A stretch of 44,815 bases of DNA, from IMG/VR virus record IMGVR_UViG_3300037722_000268, positions 1 to 44,815 of that record; one strand, written 5' to 3'. Positions 27,571-35,396 of the stretch are shown here, piece by piece. The notes under the pieces were generated by a model. It was not told the origin of the DNA, did no database searches, and saw nothing but the letters and a program-made list of their open reading frames with translations. Made by a program: the position numbers and the translations under genes. Within the stretch, counting starts at the first letter, position 1; the number at the start of each line of letters is the position of its first letter. Source of the DNA: a virus. Taxonomy: Duplodnaviria > Caudoviricetes.

Positions 27571-28072
27571 CTAATCCCCGCGGCGCGACCACCCTACGGG
27601 ACTTCCATTTGCGGGTGCTCTTGTATGCGACGTGCTTCCAGCGCTTTCCGCTTACGACTTCTGATACATACGAGCATGTGATTCCGAATTTACGGGCTAT
27701 ATCTTCTAAAAGCTCACCGTCATCGAAAACGCGTCTGATCTCAACAACCGACGCCTCGTTGAGCTTAGCCCTTGGGTGTGCTTCTCCTTGGTTGTTTGGA
27801 CTGCGCCCCTTCTGAACCATGTCCCGCATGTTGTCGGCTTGGGATCCGATGAATAAATGCGCAGGATTTACGCATCTTCGGTTGTCGCAGTGATGACAAA
27901 CAAGCGATCCACTTGGGATATGACCGTGATGCATCGCATACGAATAACGATGCGCTAAAAACATCTTCCCGCCACGCTTGAGTCGCCCATACCCGTCATG
28001 CGTTCCGCCGAGCCATAACCAGCATTCCCCAGAACGATCTACTGACGCCCAGAATCTCTGTTCTACCGTCAT
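27560..28072 (-). CDS. HNH endonuclease with C-terminal HTH (homing-like)
   Basis: CWLW, AHRYSY, VCHHCDNRRCVNPAHL, AKLNEASV. Confidence 0.92.
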   Translation of the reverse strand: MTVEQRFWASVDRSGECWLWLGGTHDGYGRLKRGGKMFLAHRYSYAMHHGHIPSGSLVCHHCDNRRCVNPAHLFIGSQADNMRDMVQKGRSPNNQGEAHPRAKLNEASVVEIRRVFDDGELLEDIARKFGITCSYVSEVVSGKRWKHVAYKSTRKWKSRRVVAPRGLDGL

Positions 28073-28755
28073 CGCTCGCTCGCTTCGGTTAGCTGGTAAT
28101 CAAGCCCCCGCATGGCTCTATTCGCTACGGCGCGCCATTCGTCCGCATGCGGTGCATCTCGGTACCTCAAAAACCCTGGTTGACCGCAAGTCCAATGAAG
28201 CAATTTCGCAGCGCTATTCGCGCCGAACTCATCGCACAGCCAATTCCACTCCACAGGCAGCTCCCCTATCCGGTCGTCCGGCAGCCACGCGAAGCGGTGC
28301 AGGTAGTCGCCACTTTTATCTCCCACGAACGCCGGCGTCAGGAGGCGATTAGCGTAGTGCGCGTTGTTGAAAATCATGAGCGACGACCAATTTTTACGCG
28401 GCATGTCGCGGTTCTCGGATTCCATTTCCGTGCCCACCATCTTTCGCGGGTGCTTGGTCGTGTATTCGTGCTTTACGATTTGGAGGGCTTTCCATGGATC
28501 TCGCAGTTCCCACAACTCAGCCAAGTCAGCCAGCGAGAGCATGTCGCTACCATCTGCGAAAATCGACATGCCGGTGAAATTGGAGAGATACGGAACCAAG
28601 AACCTTGAGTAGCCGAACGCCGTGCTCGCGTCGCGCTGCCGGCCAGATACCGGCGTGATGGAAACAGGAACGCTAGATTTTTCTAGTACGGATTGGATGA
28701 AACAATGCGCGCCTAACGCCTCTCTTGCATCCCAACCGATGTAGAGGCGTATCAC
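28069..28755 (-). CDS. GT-A glycosyltransferase (GT8-like)
   Basis: LYIGWDARE, STAFGYSRFLVP, FADGSDM, RKNWSSLM, LPVEWNWL, LLHWT; GTG start at 28755. Confidence 0.85.
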   Translation of the reverse strand: MIRLYIGWDAREALGAHCFIQSVLEKSSVPVSITPVSGRQRDASTAFGYSRFLVPYLSNFTGMSIFADGSDMLSLADLAELWELRDPWKALQIVKHEYTTKHPRKMVGTEMESENRDMPRKNWSSLMIFNNAHYANRLLTPAFVGDKSGDYLHRFAWLPDDRIGELPVEWNWLCDEFGANSAAKLLHWTCGQPGFLRYRDAPHADEWRAVANRAMRGLDYQLTEASER

Positions 28756-28937
28756 TGCACCCTCTGCAGGCCAACCCAGCGCACGAAACTCGCACACCCG
28801 CCCAGCAGCAGCGCCTCTACGTCAAAACTCGCCCACGTCCCAGTCCCACGCTGCCACTGCTCGCCAATCCGCACCCGAAACCGCCGGCACCCATCACGCT
28901 CCGCGCATCCCTGCCCGGCACAGTTCGCTTTCACCAC
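28752..28937 (-). CDS. small Cys-containing hypothetical protein
   Basis: CAGQGC...CRRF pattern; GTGA overlap with the GT gene. Confidence 0.5.
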   Translation of the reverse strand: MVKANCAGQGCAERDGCRRFRVRIGEQWQRGTGTWASFDVEALLLGGCASFVRWVGLQRVQ

Positions 28938-28951
28938 GAACAGCAGCCATT

Positions 28952-28996
28952 AAAAAAAACGGGCACCAGCCAGGCATCAGCCCAGGCGGCACCCGT
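28952..28996 (-). terminator. intrinsic terminator in the late-operon leader
   Basis: Minus strand ACGGGTGCCG...TGGTGCCCGT stem followed by a T run. Confidence 0.6.
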
Positions 28997-29368
28997 CGCG
29001 GCCAACACCGCGCAGCTATGAGAGGAGGAGGAGACGCCACGCGTACAACTGAGCCGCATGGCGCTGATACAGTACATTAAACCGACTACAACGTCCGTAG
29101 CGATTCGAACGACAGCGAGACGTACCCCGACAGCACCCGCTCACGCCGCGTGCAGCACAGCGCCACTCAGCGACTCCTGATGGGACCCGCGGGGCGATAC
29201 CCCCCCCCTGATCAAACACGGGAAGTGGGGAGACGGGGATATATAGCCATACGCATAGCCCCTTGCCCTACCACCACGATCGACGCCCCCCCTGGTCGAG
29301 CTGCCGGAGCGTGTGCAGCGCAGCAAACAGCGCTCAAGCGCTCATAACAGCGCCTAAGCCATTGATTA

Positions 29369-29818
29369 CTATGCTTTGATGCTAGTTACAGTTAGTGAGT
29401 CGGCACCGCACCGCTGACACCTCCACTGCCAGGCGCCTTTGACCTTACGTGCGTACAAACACCGTGATTTCATACACTTAGGACAGTCGCAGCGCCACTC
29501 GCGGCCGGCGATCCGCACAGGGTTCGGAAATTGCGGAGCGTTGCGTGCGAGCCAGCGCGCATATAGCTTGGGCCTATGCCTTCTAAGCATAGCGATAGAG
29601 TGCTTGTATTTCCGAGGGGTCTGTGCGCGCGTAATGCGCCTAAGCAGGGTGTTTTCGACCATGCGTCTGTATCTTTGCGAGCCGAGGTGACGGTGCATCT
29701 CGAGTCGCACCCAATGCTCGGAGCAATCAAGTCTCGTTGCGATGGCGCGCGTGCTGAGGGTGCTTTCGTACAAAGACACCATGAGGTTGCGTGTTTTGCT
29801 CACGTTGTCCGCCTCCAC
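29369..29818 (-). CDS. HTH plus Zn-ribbon protein, possible late regulator
   Basis: LSTRAIATRLDCSEHWVR; CPKC...CQRC; lies between replication and late genes. Confidence 0.5.
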   Translation of the reverse strand: MEADNVSKTRNLMVSLYESTLSTRAIATRLDCSEHWVRLEMHRHLGSQRYRRMVENTLLRRITRAQTPRKYKHSIAMLRRHRPKLYARWLARNAPQFPNPVRIAGREWRCDCPKCMKSRCLYARKVKGAWQWRCQRCGADSLTVTSIKA

Positions 29819-29861
29819 ACAGTCCTACCTACTACGTAGGGACGTGTGTGGAGCGCCAAAC

Positions 29862-29988
29862 TGAGCACTTTGAGCGCACTTTGAGCAGTCACTTTGAGCA
29901 GCCATTTTCATAGGGAGAATGCGTGTTTTGCTGCAGCGCATGCTCATTTTGCTGCTCACGATGCTGCTCACGATGCCAAAATGAGCAT
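29862..29988. repeat. iteron cluster, candidate replication origin
   Basis: CACTTTGAGC x3 (29866, 29877, 29890); TGCTGCTCACGA x2; 12-bp inverted repeat 29940-29951 / 29977-29988. Confidence 0.7.
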
Positions 29989-30045
29989 TAGTCGCCAAGG
30001 ACTTACGCGCGTTCTGCTCATTGTGAATTTTCGTGCTGCAGAGCA

Positions 30046-31848
30046 TTAATCGACCTCTTTTATGCCCTCAATTGGCTGCCGACGCGCGCTCCTGCCTACC
30101 TCGCCGCGCACGAGTTTGCCGCTTAGGATCAGTCGGCGCATTGCTTCGGCAAGCTCCTTCGCGCTGTTGCCCTCGGCGAGCTTGTATTCGCCGATGAGCT
30201 TGGGAAGGTAGCGGCCGGTGTTGCTTGAGTCGGTCGGGTGCAGCCCCAGATCGCTCAGCTTGCGTAGGCCATCCAGCACCGTGCGCTCGGAGTTGCGCTC
30301 ACGGATCTCTGACACGATGCCGCCGCTTGGCTCTATGGCTTCGGGTATGAGCACGCCTTCGGTGTAGGTGAACTTGCGCCAGTCGCGATTCGAGTAGTTC
30401 GCCTTCCGCCGTGCGAGGTAGCGCACCGTCTCATCGGGCGGCTCATCGGTGTCGGGCTTCTCGTCCGGTAATCGCGTGCCAAGGTACAAGCGCGTGCGGG
30501 CCGTGTTCTCCCATGCGCTCGAGCCCGAGAATTCGCTGCCAGTTGAGCGAGCTGGATGGGCGAACAGCATTATGGCTCGCCCGGGCATTCGGCCAGGCAG
30601 TGCGTTCAGGAACATCGTCACCGCATGCCGGTCGTTTTCGCCCGCGCCGTAGACTTGGGCGGCGTTGTCTAGGATCACCACGTCGGCGCGCAGATCGCCT
30701 GCCTGCTGGGCTAACTCGTCAAGCGCAGGGGTGAGGATGGGGCGTCCGAAATCCGTTGCCGCAAGCGCATTGTCCATGCCATGCCGCGGCACGATTACAA
30801 GGTTCTCGGCGAACGTCTCTAGACCGACGTTGAGCCACTTCGCAATCGCTATCTGTCGGCGCCACAGTTCGTCGTGGTCGTCCTCACAAGCCCACATCAA
30901 CACCTTGAGCGCCGCCGGCACGGTGTCCACGAAATCGCGCCCGATCGCCAAGCACGAGCCGATCTGCTGACCGAGAAGCGTTTTTCCGATACCGCCAGCG
31001 CCCACTAGGAGCGTCGTGTGCCCAAACCCGAACCAGCCCTTGAGCGCCCAGCGCCGCGCCGGGGGCTCGAGGCCGGACAACTTTGGCCAGTCAAGGGGTA
31101 AGCGTGTTTCGCGCGGGGCCTCGGGTTGGGGCTGCGCCGGGGCTTCCGGGGTATAGCGCGCCACGCTCGCCGCCGTGCGACGCACCTCATCCTCGGGGAG
31201 CGGTGGGGAGCATTTTGCGTTCTCGGCTAGAAGCGCCGCCAGAATTGCGTCTGCCGACATCCCGCGACGTCGCATCGCGCCAGCCATGCTCGCGAGAGTC
31301 GCATTGCGCTGCCCTGCCGGTATCTGCCCTTCCGCGCCACCATTAGACTTCGGCGCCTCACGCTGCACTAGCCACGCCGGGGCCTCAGTTGGGGCCATCG
31401 ACCAAGGCTCCGACTCATCCAGCCAGCAGTAGCACTCGCCGCTCGGGTGCACCGAGGGCTCGACCACGATGTAGGCGCCGGCGCCGGACTTCACATCAAC
31501 GCCTGGGGCAGGATGTGCTGCGTAGCGCGCGCCGTTCAGGGATTTGTAGAGGTAATGAAGACCGCCACCGCCTGTTCTGGCGTAGCATGTATCGGTGAGC
31601 GCTCCCGGCAGGGCGTCGGGATCGCCGCCATTCCTGGGGTCGATGTCCACCACCACGAGGTCGGTGAGCACCATGCCGATGTTCGCGTCAGGCCAGCGCG
31701 CCCACCAGTCGCGTATCAGAGCTTCATCGGTTGTCGCGTCGTGCGAGCCATGCTCGGTGATTGGTATCTTGCCGCGCGGGCGTAGTGGAAACACCGCCCT
31801 GCCCGCATGGGCGTAGCGTAAAGCCGCCTCGAGAAAATCCTGCGACAC
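30046..31848 (-). CDS. bifunctional primase-polymerase with PriCT and RepA-type (AAA_25) helicase
   Basis: VFPL...DANIG...VVDIDPRNGG...TGGGGLHY; GQRNATL; GAGGIGKT; VVILDN; GSSAW. Confidence 0.92.
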   Translation of the reverse strand: MSQDFLEAALRYAHAGRAVFPLRPRGKIPITEHGSHDATTDEALIRDWWARWPDANIGMVLTDLVVVDIDPRNGGDPDALPGALTDTCYARTGGGGLHYLYKSLNGARYAAHPAPGVDVKSGAGAYIVVEPSVHPSGECYCWLDESEPWSMAPTEAPAWLVQREAPKSNGGAEGQIPAGQRNATLASMAGAMRRRGMSADAILAALLAENAKCSPPLPEDEVRRTAASVARYTPEAPAQPQPEAPRETRLPLDWPKLSGLEPPARRWALKGWFGFGHTTLLVGAGGIGKTLLGQQIGSCLAIGRDFVDTVPAALKVLMWACEDDHDELWRRQIAIAKWLNVGLETFAENLVIVPRHGMDNALAATDFGRPILTPALDELAQQAGDLRADVVILDNAAQVYGAGENDRHAVTMFLNALPGRMPGRAIMLFAHPARSTGSEFSGSSAWENTARTRLYLGTRLPDEKPDTDEPPDETVRYLARRKANYSNRDWRKFTYTEGVLIPEAIEPSGGIVSEIRERNSERTVLDGLRKLSDLGLHPTDSSNTGRYLPKLIGEYKLAEGNSAKELAEAMRRLILSGKLVRGEVGRSARRQPIEGIKEVD

Positions 31849-31857
31849 GCCGCGCGA

Positions 31858-32175
31858 TCAGAAGGGTGGCCGATCTTCCGATTCGTGGGCTTTCTGGGCT
31901 GAACTCTCGCCAGGGCCATCGAGATATTGCCGGAGCTGCGCGCAGACTTCGGCTTGGAGCTTGTCGAGCCTCGCGCGATCTGGGACCAGCACCACGTTCT
32001 TGTACTGCGTCTTGCCCTCCTTGTCGGTCCACGGGATGCCTGGGAAGCCGATCCAACTCTTGCCGTGCGATTCATGCAGCGTGCAGTCTTTGATCTGAAA
32101 GCCGTTCGCAAGCTCGAGGATGAAGAACCCCCGCAGTGTGTTTTTGCGATATGGGCGGAATTCAGTTGCTTGCAT
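31858..32175 (-). CDS. SpoVG-like nucleic-acid-binding protein
   Basis: LRGFFILEL...IKDCTL...WIGFPG...GKTQYKNVV; acidic C-terminus ending PPF like SSB tails. Confidence 0.55.
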   Translation of the reverse strand: MQATEFRPYRKNTLRGFFILELANGFQIKDCTLHESHGKSWIGFPGIPWTDKEGKTQYKNVVLVPDRARLDKLQAEVCAQLRQYLDGPGESSAQKAHESEDRPPF

Positions 32176-32195
32176 CAGATGACTCCTTTTGCTGG

Positions 32196-32420
32196 TTAGG
32201 ATTTGCGTCGTGCGATATCTGACTTGATGAGGCTGTCCTGCTTGCGGCGGTAAGCCTTGTGATGGCGCGCGCCGTTTTTCTTGCGCGTGTTGCTGAACGT
32301 GACGCGCCGCCCAGGAGTGCCGCCGCGTCCACGATCAGGCTCGCGCTCGTGGGTCGTGACGCGGCTGCGCGGTGTCTGCACGAGGAGGTTAAATGCCGCC
32401 GCTAGCGCCTTGTGGTTCAT
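32196..32420 (-). CDS. small basic hypothetical protein
   Basis: ATGA overlap with the VRR-NUC stop; Arg/Lys-rich. Confidence 0.45.
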   Translation of the reverse strand: MNHKALAAAFNLLVQTPRSRVTTHEREPDRGRGGTPGRRVTFSNTRKKNGARHHKAYRRKQDSLIKSDIARRKS

Positions 32421-32878
32421 TGCAGCAGCGCGAGCGCCTGTTCCTTGCACGTCGCCCAGCCTGATATCGCGCCCATCCGCGCGAAGTGCTCAAGGCGCTC
32501 GCGCTGCCTATCGTCGGGTCGCTCGCCGGGGCGTTTTACTTCGATGAAGAACGCGCGCCCGCCGCGCAGGAACCCGATTACATCGGGCATCCCCTTCGGC
32601 CCGGCCTGTATCCAGCGCTCGCCGTCGCGAAACGTCCCGGAAGTCTGGCGCCACACGAAACCGACGCGCGGATCGTTGCGCAGCGCCTGCATGATGTCGG
32701 CGAGAACCTCGCGCTCGAGCGGGTGTGCTGGCTTGCCATCGGAGCGCATGACCTTCTCGCGCCGCGGCGCAACTTTGTTCCGTATGTGCTCTGGGACCTC
32801 GAGGTAGTCGAGCGCTGCGTTGACCGCGCGCTTATGGTCTGCGTCGGATGGGCGCCCTCGATACGGCGGTCTTGCCAT
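32417..32878 (-). CDS. VRR-NUC domain nuclease (Holliday junction resolvase-like)
   Basis: GMPDVIG...FFIEVKRPG...Q, a PD-(D/E)xK pattern. Confidence 0.88.
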   Translation of the reverse strand: MARPPYRGRPSDADHKRAVNAALDYLEVPEHIRNKVAPRREKVMRSDGKPAHPLEREVLADIMQALRNDPRVGFVWRQTSGTFRDGERWIQAGPKGMPDVIGFLRGGRAFFIEVKRPGERPDDRQRERLEHFARMGAISGWATCKEQALALLQ

Positions 32879-32892
32879 CGGTCACTCCAGGC

Positions 32893-32917
32893 AATAAAAA
32901 GGGCGCCTCAGCGCCCC
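32893..32917 (-). terminator. tR1-like intrinsic terminator after cro
   Basis: Minus strand GGGCGC-TGAG-GCGCCC-TTTTTATT. Confidence 0.75.
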
Positions 32918-32923
32918 GTTCGG

Positions 32924-33163
32924 TTACTTCCAGTTCCCGCCGTTGATGTAGGCGGCCATGCGCATCGCCTCGGCCCTTGCAGCCTTGTCAGCTTTCAGCC
33001 CGGTCAGTGGTTCCAGCTCGAGCTGCCATGGACCTGGGATTCGATCCCGGAATTTCCACTGGTGGACGGTCTGCTTCTTGACAGCCTTTTTTCTGTTTTT
33101 GCTCAGTGCCTTGGCGATCTTCGAGGAGCCGCCCAGGACGCGCTCAACTTGTCGGTATTTCAC
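32924..33163 (-). CDS. cro: Cro-like HTH repressor
   Basis: LGGSSKIAKAL...QTVHQWK...IP pattern; divergent from the cI-like gene; GTG start at 33163. Confidence 0.75.
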   Translation of the reverse strand: MKYRQVERVLGGSSKIAKALSKNRKKAVKKQTVHQWKFRDRIPGPWQLELEPLTGLKADKAARAEAMRMAAYINGGNWK

Positions 33164-33280
33164 CCGCGAGAGTATCCACGATGCCGGTCCGGTAGTCAAC
33201 GATCATGGACTAGCCATGTAGGTGATTGAACGATAGACAAAAATCGGGTAGCCTGTAAACTACTGTTGACCACTAGTCAA
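33164..33280. promoter_or_regulatory. PR-like promoter and operators
   Basis: Minus strand TTGACT-17 nt-GATACT; operator AGTCAAC-N4-ATGGACT at 33194-33211; related TGTAAAC-N4-GTTGACC at 33254-33271. Confidence 0.8.
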
Positions 33281-33298
33281 CGCTTACGAGGTGAACCG

Positions 33299-33790
33299 AT
33301 GAGTACATTTGTGGAGAGACTCCTGCAGGCCGCACGCCATGCAGGAGTCGAGGAAACACAGAAAGCGATTGCCGCATCCCTTGGGCTTAAAAAGCAGACG
33401 GTAAATCGCTGGTTTAACGAGGGCGGCGAGCCGAGCGCCGACAACCTGCTCGACATTGAGGCGAAGTGGGGCGTCGACGGGAAGTGGCTGAAGAAGGGAG
33501 AGGGCGAGATGGTGCCGACCATCTCCGTACTCTCTCCAGACGAGCGCGCCCTTCTTAAGGACTACCGCAAGGCGCTTCCGCGGGTGCGCGATGTGATTCG
33601 AAACATGGCTCGAGCCGCCAGGAAATCGGTTGTTACGATCGCGGCGCTGATACCGCCATTGCTTGTGCCGCAGCCATCGGACGCAGGCGTTTTACATAAA
33701 ATTTATTATATCCATCAACAGGTTACACATTGTGCCCAAAACGTGCTTCGCTGGCTGATGGGCGCCGTACCACAAATCAAGTTTTCCTGA
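33299..33790 (+). CDS. CI-like XRE HTH repressor with no S24 peptidase domain
   Basis: TQKAIAASLGLKKQTVNRW, GVDGKWLKKGEGEM; SD GAGGTG before ATG 33299. Confidence 0.85.
   Translation: MSTFVERLLQAARHAGVEETQKAIAASLGLKKQTVNRWFNEGGEPSADNLLDIEAKWGVDGKWLKKGEGEMVPTISVLSPDERALLKDYRKALPRVRDVIRNMARAARKSVVTIAALIPPLLVPQPSDAGVLHKIYYIHQQVTHCAQNVLRWLMGAVPQIKFS
33689..33716 (-). other. dif/Xer-like 11-6-11 recombination site inside the repressor gene (candidate attP or resolution site)
   Basis: Minus strand GATGGATATAA-TAAATT-TTATGTAAAAC versus E. coli dif GGTGCGCATAA-TGTATA-TTATGTTAAAT (arms 7/11 and 9/11). Confidence 0.55.
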
Positions 33791-33879
33791 CGGGCAAAAG
33801 TCACACTCGGCGTCAACTTGGGACGCCGGGATAAAGCGCACGGAGTGAATTTTGCGCCCGGCGGTGTATTACAGGAACA

Positions 33880-34107
33880 ATGGCCCCGGACTCGGCTTCG
33901 CTCGTCGCCGAGATTCTGAACGCCGGATACATGGTGCGGCACTACGCGCGCGGCGGCAGGACCTCGATCGGGCGCACCCTGCGCCAGCAGGCGATCCTGC
34001 GCATGGGCCTCACCGTGCGCGACGCCTTCAACAAGTCAGATGATTTCGAAGCACTTTTAGCCGCCGTCGCGGACGGCCTGCGCCCGCGGGACGCTCCGCC
34101 GTTCTAG
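33880..34107 (+). CDS. hypothetical protein downstream of the repressor
   Basis: SD AGGAA, ATG start. Confidence 0.5.
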   Translation: MAPDSASLVAEILNAGYMVRHYARGGRTSIGRTLRQQAILRMGLTVRDAFNKSDDFEALLAAVADGLRPRDAPPF

Positions 34108-34110
34108 CGT

Positions 34111-34152
34111 AGTCCATACTTGTTGACTGCGGGACCCGTTTCATGGTTTACT
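34111..34152 (+). promoter_or_regulatory. PL-like promoter with operator overlapping the -35
   Basis: AGTCCAT-ACTT-GTTGACT (34111-34128) has the same arms as the 33194 operator, inverted; TTGACT -35 and a weaker TTTACT -10. Confidence 0.75.
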
Positions 34153-34181
34153 CGCCATACACCACCAACGGGGGCGGGCAC

Positions 34182-34580
34182 ATGAACAAGCTGATAGTCC
34201 AAGTCGCTGCGGTACTGGCGCTCGCCGGCTGCGCGACGATCGACATGCACACCGCGCCGCCAAGGGACTGGCCGCTGCTCACGGTGCAGGAGCACAGAGT
34301 TTCCTTCGGCGCCGTGTTCGCGCGCTGCTACAAGTACGTCCCGCTCGGCATGAAGCTGCTCGGCAGCGTCCCGCTCGCATGCGCCGAGATTGATTTCGTT
34401 CAGCAGCGCTGCGATGTCTGGATGACGCAAAGCACAGATGCAGATATCCGAGAGCACGAGCTGCTGCACTGCGCCGGTCACGATCATGCCGGGGACGCGA
34501 CCCTGCGCGATCTCTGGTCCGTCTACCGCTCGGGCGTCTACGGAAGCGCGCTCGCCGAGACCGTGGCGGGGCCGCTATGA
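34182..34580 (+). CDS. lipoprotein with HExxHxxGxxH zinc-metallopeptidase motif
   Basis: MNKLIVQVAAVLALAGC lipobox; HELLHCAGHDH. Confidence 0.75.
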   Translation: MNKLIVQVAAVLALAGCATIDMHTAPPRDWPLLTVQEHRVSFGAVFARCYKYVPLGMKLLGSVPLACAEIDFVQQRCDVWMTQSTDADIREHELLHCAGHDHAGDATLRDLWSVYRSGVYGSALAETVAGPL

Positions 34581-34870
34581 ACGAGCCGCGTAAGCGCGAG
34601 TATGTCTATATGTTCCTAGCCGCGGCGCTGCTACTCGCCGGGCCATCGCTTGACCGCCCCGAAGTAACCGCGCAGCACGTAGCCGAGGCCGATGAGCGAA
34701 AAGAAGTGCGGCCCTGCGACGGCGTATGGGTGCGCAAGTGCAATGCCGGCGAGTGCTGGTCGCCGCGCCCTCCTGAGTTGCAGTGCGTCGCCTCGGCCGA
34801 TCTCACCGAGTGGCGCGCGCGAAACGACGTTCTGACACTACCTGTGGAGCCGAAATGGAAAAAGAACTAA
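34577..34870 (+). CDS. exported or membrane Cys-containing hypothetical protein
   Basis: N-terminal hydrophobic segment, four Cys; ATGA overlap. Confidence 0.55.
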   Translation: MNEPRKREYVYMFLAAALLLAGPSLDRPEVTAQHVAEADERKEVRPCDGVWVRKCNAGECWSPRPPELQCVASADLTEWRARNDVLTLPVEPKWKKN

Positions 34871-35187
34871 GCCCGATGGCGCAGCATATTTTCAATATGG
34901 CTACAGGCCACGGCAATATGATCCGCGCCGGTATCCAGGCCGAGCAGGAGCGCATGCGCCCGGCGGTGCGGCTGCTGCAGCGCACGTACCTCGAGGCATC
35001 CGGCGGGCAGGCGAAGCTGCCGATACCGCTCGAGTTGGCGATCGAGGCCGTGCTGCGCTCATTCGCCGAGGGCGTCGTGAACGAGTACGCGAACGCGCGC
35101 ATCACTGCGGACAAGCACGCGCGCCACGAGGGTAAGCCGGAGCACGACATGACGACCCGCGGCGAACGCATGAAAGCGGGGGCGTGA
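34855..35187 (+). CDS. hypothetical protein
   Basis: GGAG SD before ATG 34855; operon continuity. Confidence 0.55.
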   Translation: MEKELSPMAQHIFNMATGHGNMIRAGIQAEQERMRPAVRLLQRTYLEASGGQAKLPIPLELAIEAVLRSFAEGVVNEYANARITADKHARHEGKPEHDMTTRGERMKAGA

Positions 35188-35396
35188 TGGCCGAATACAA
35201 AGAAGGGCTGGACGTAATCGACGCGCTGCAGGCAGAGCACTCGCGGCTCGCACACCTGAACGGCCAGCTTAGGATGGCGCAGAAGGTTCAGGACTGGGTG
35301 CTGCGAAACCGCGACCAATTGCCGCCGTGGGTTATCGAGGAATTGTCGATACTCATCGCTGCGACATACGAGACGGGCGACGATGCAGCCGGTTAG
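35184..35396 (+). CDS. hypothetical protein
   Basis: Overlaps both neighbours. Confidence 0.55.
   Translation: MMAEYKEGLDVIDALQAEHSRLAHLNGQLRMAQKVQDWVLRNRDQLPPWVIEELSILIAATYETGDDAAG

Noticed and set aside
29000-29370. tRNA or known ncRNA gene
   Set aside because: A TTCGAA is present but I could not build a cloverleaf or recognise a family
29825-30046. 73-aa ORF over the iteron region
   Set aside because: Its sequence just reflects the DNA repeats; more likely a non-coding origin
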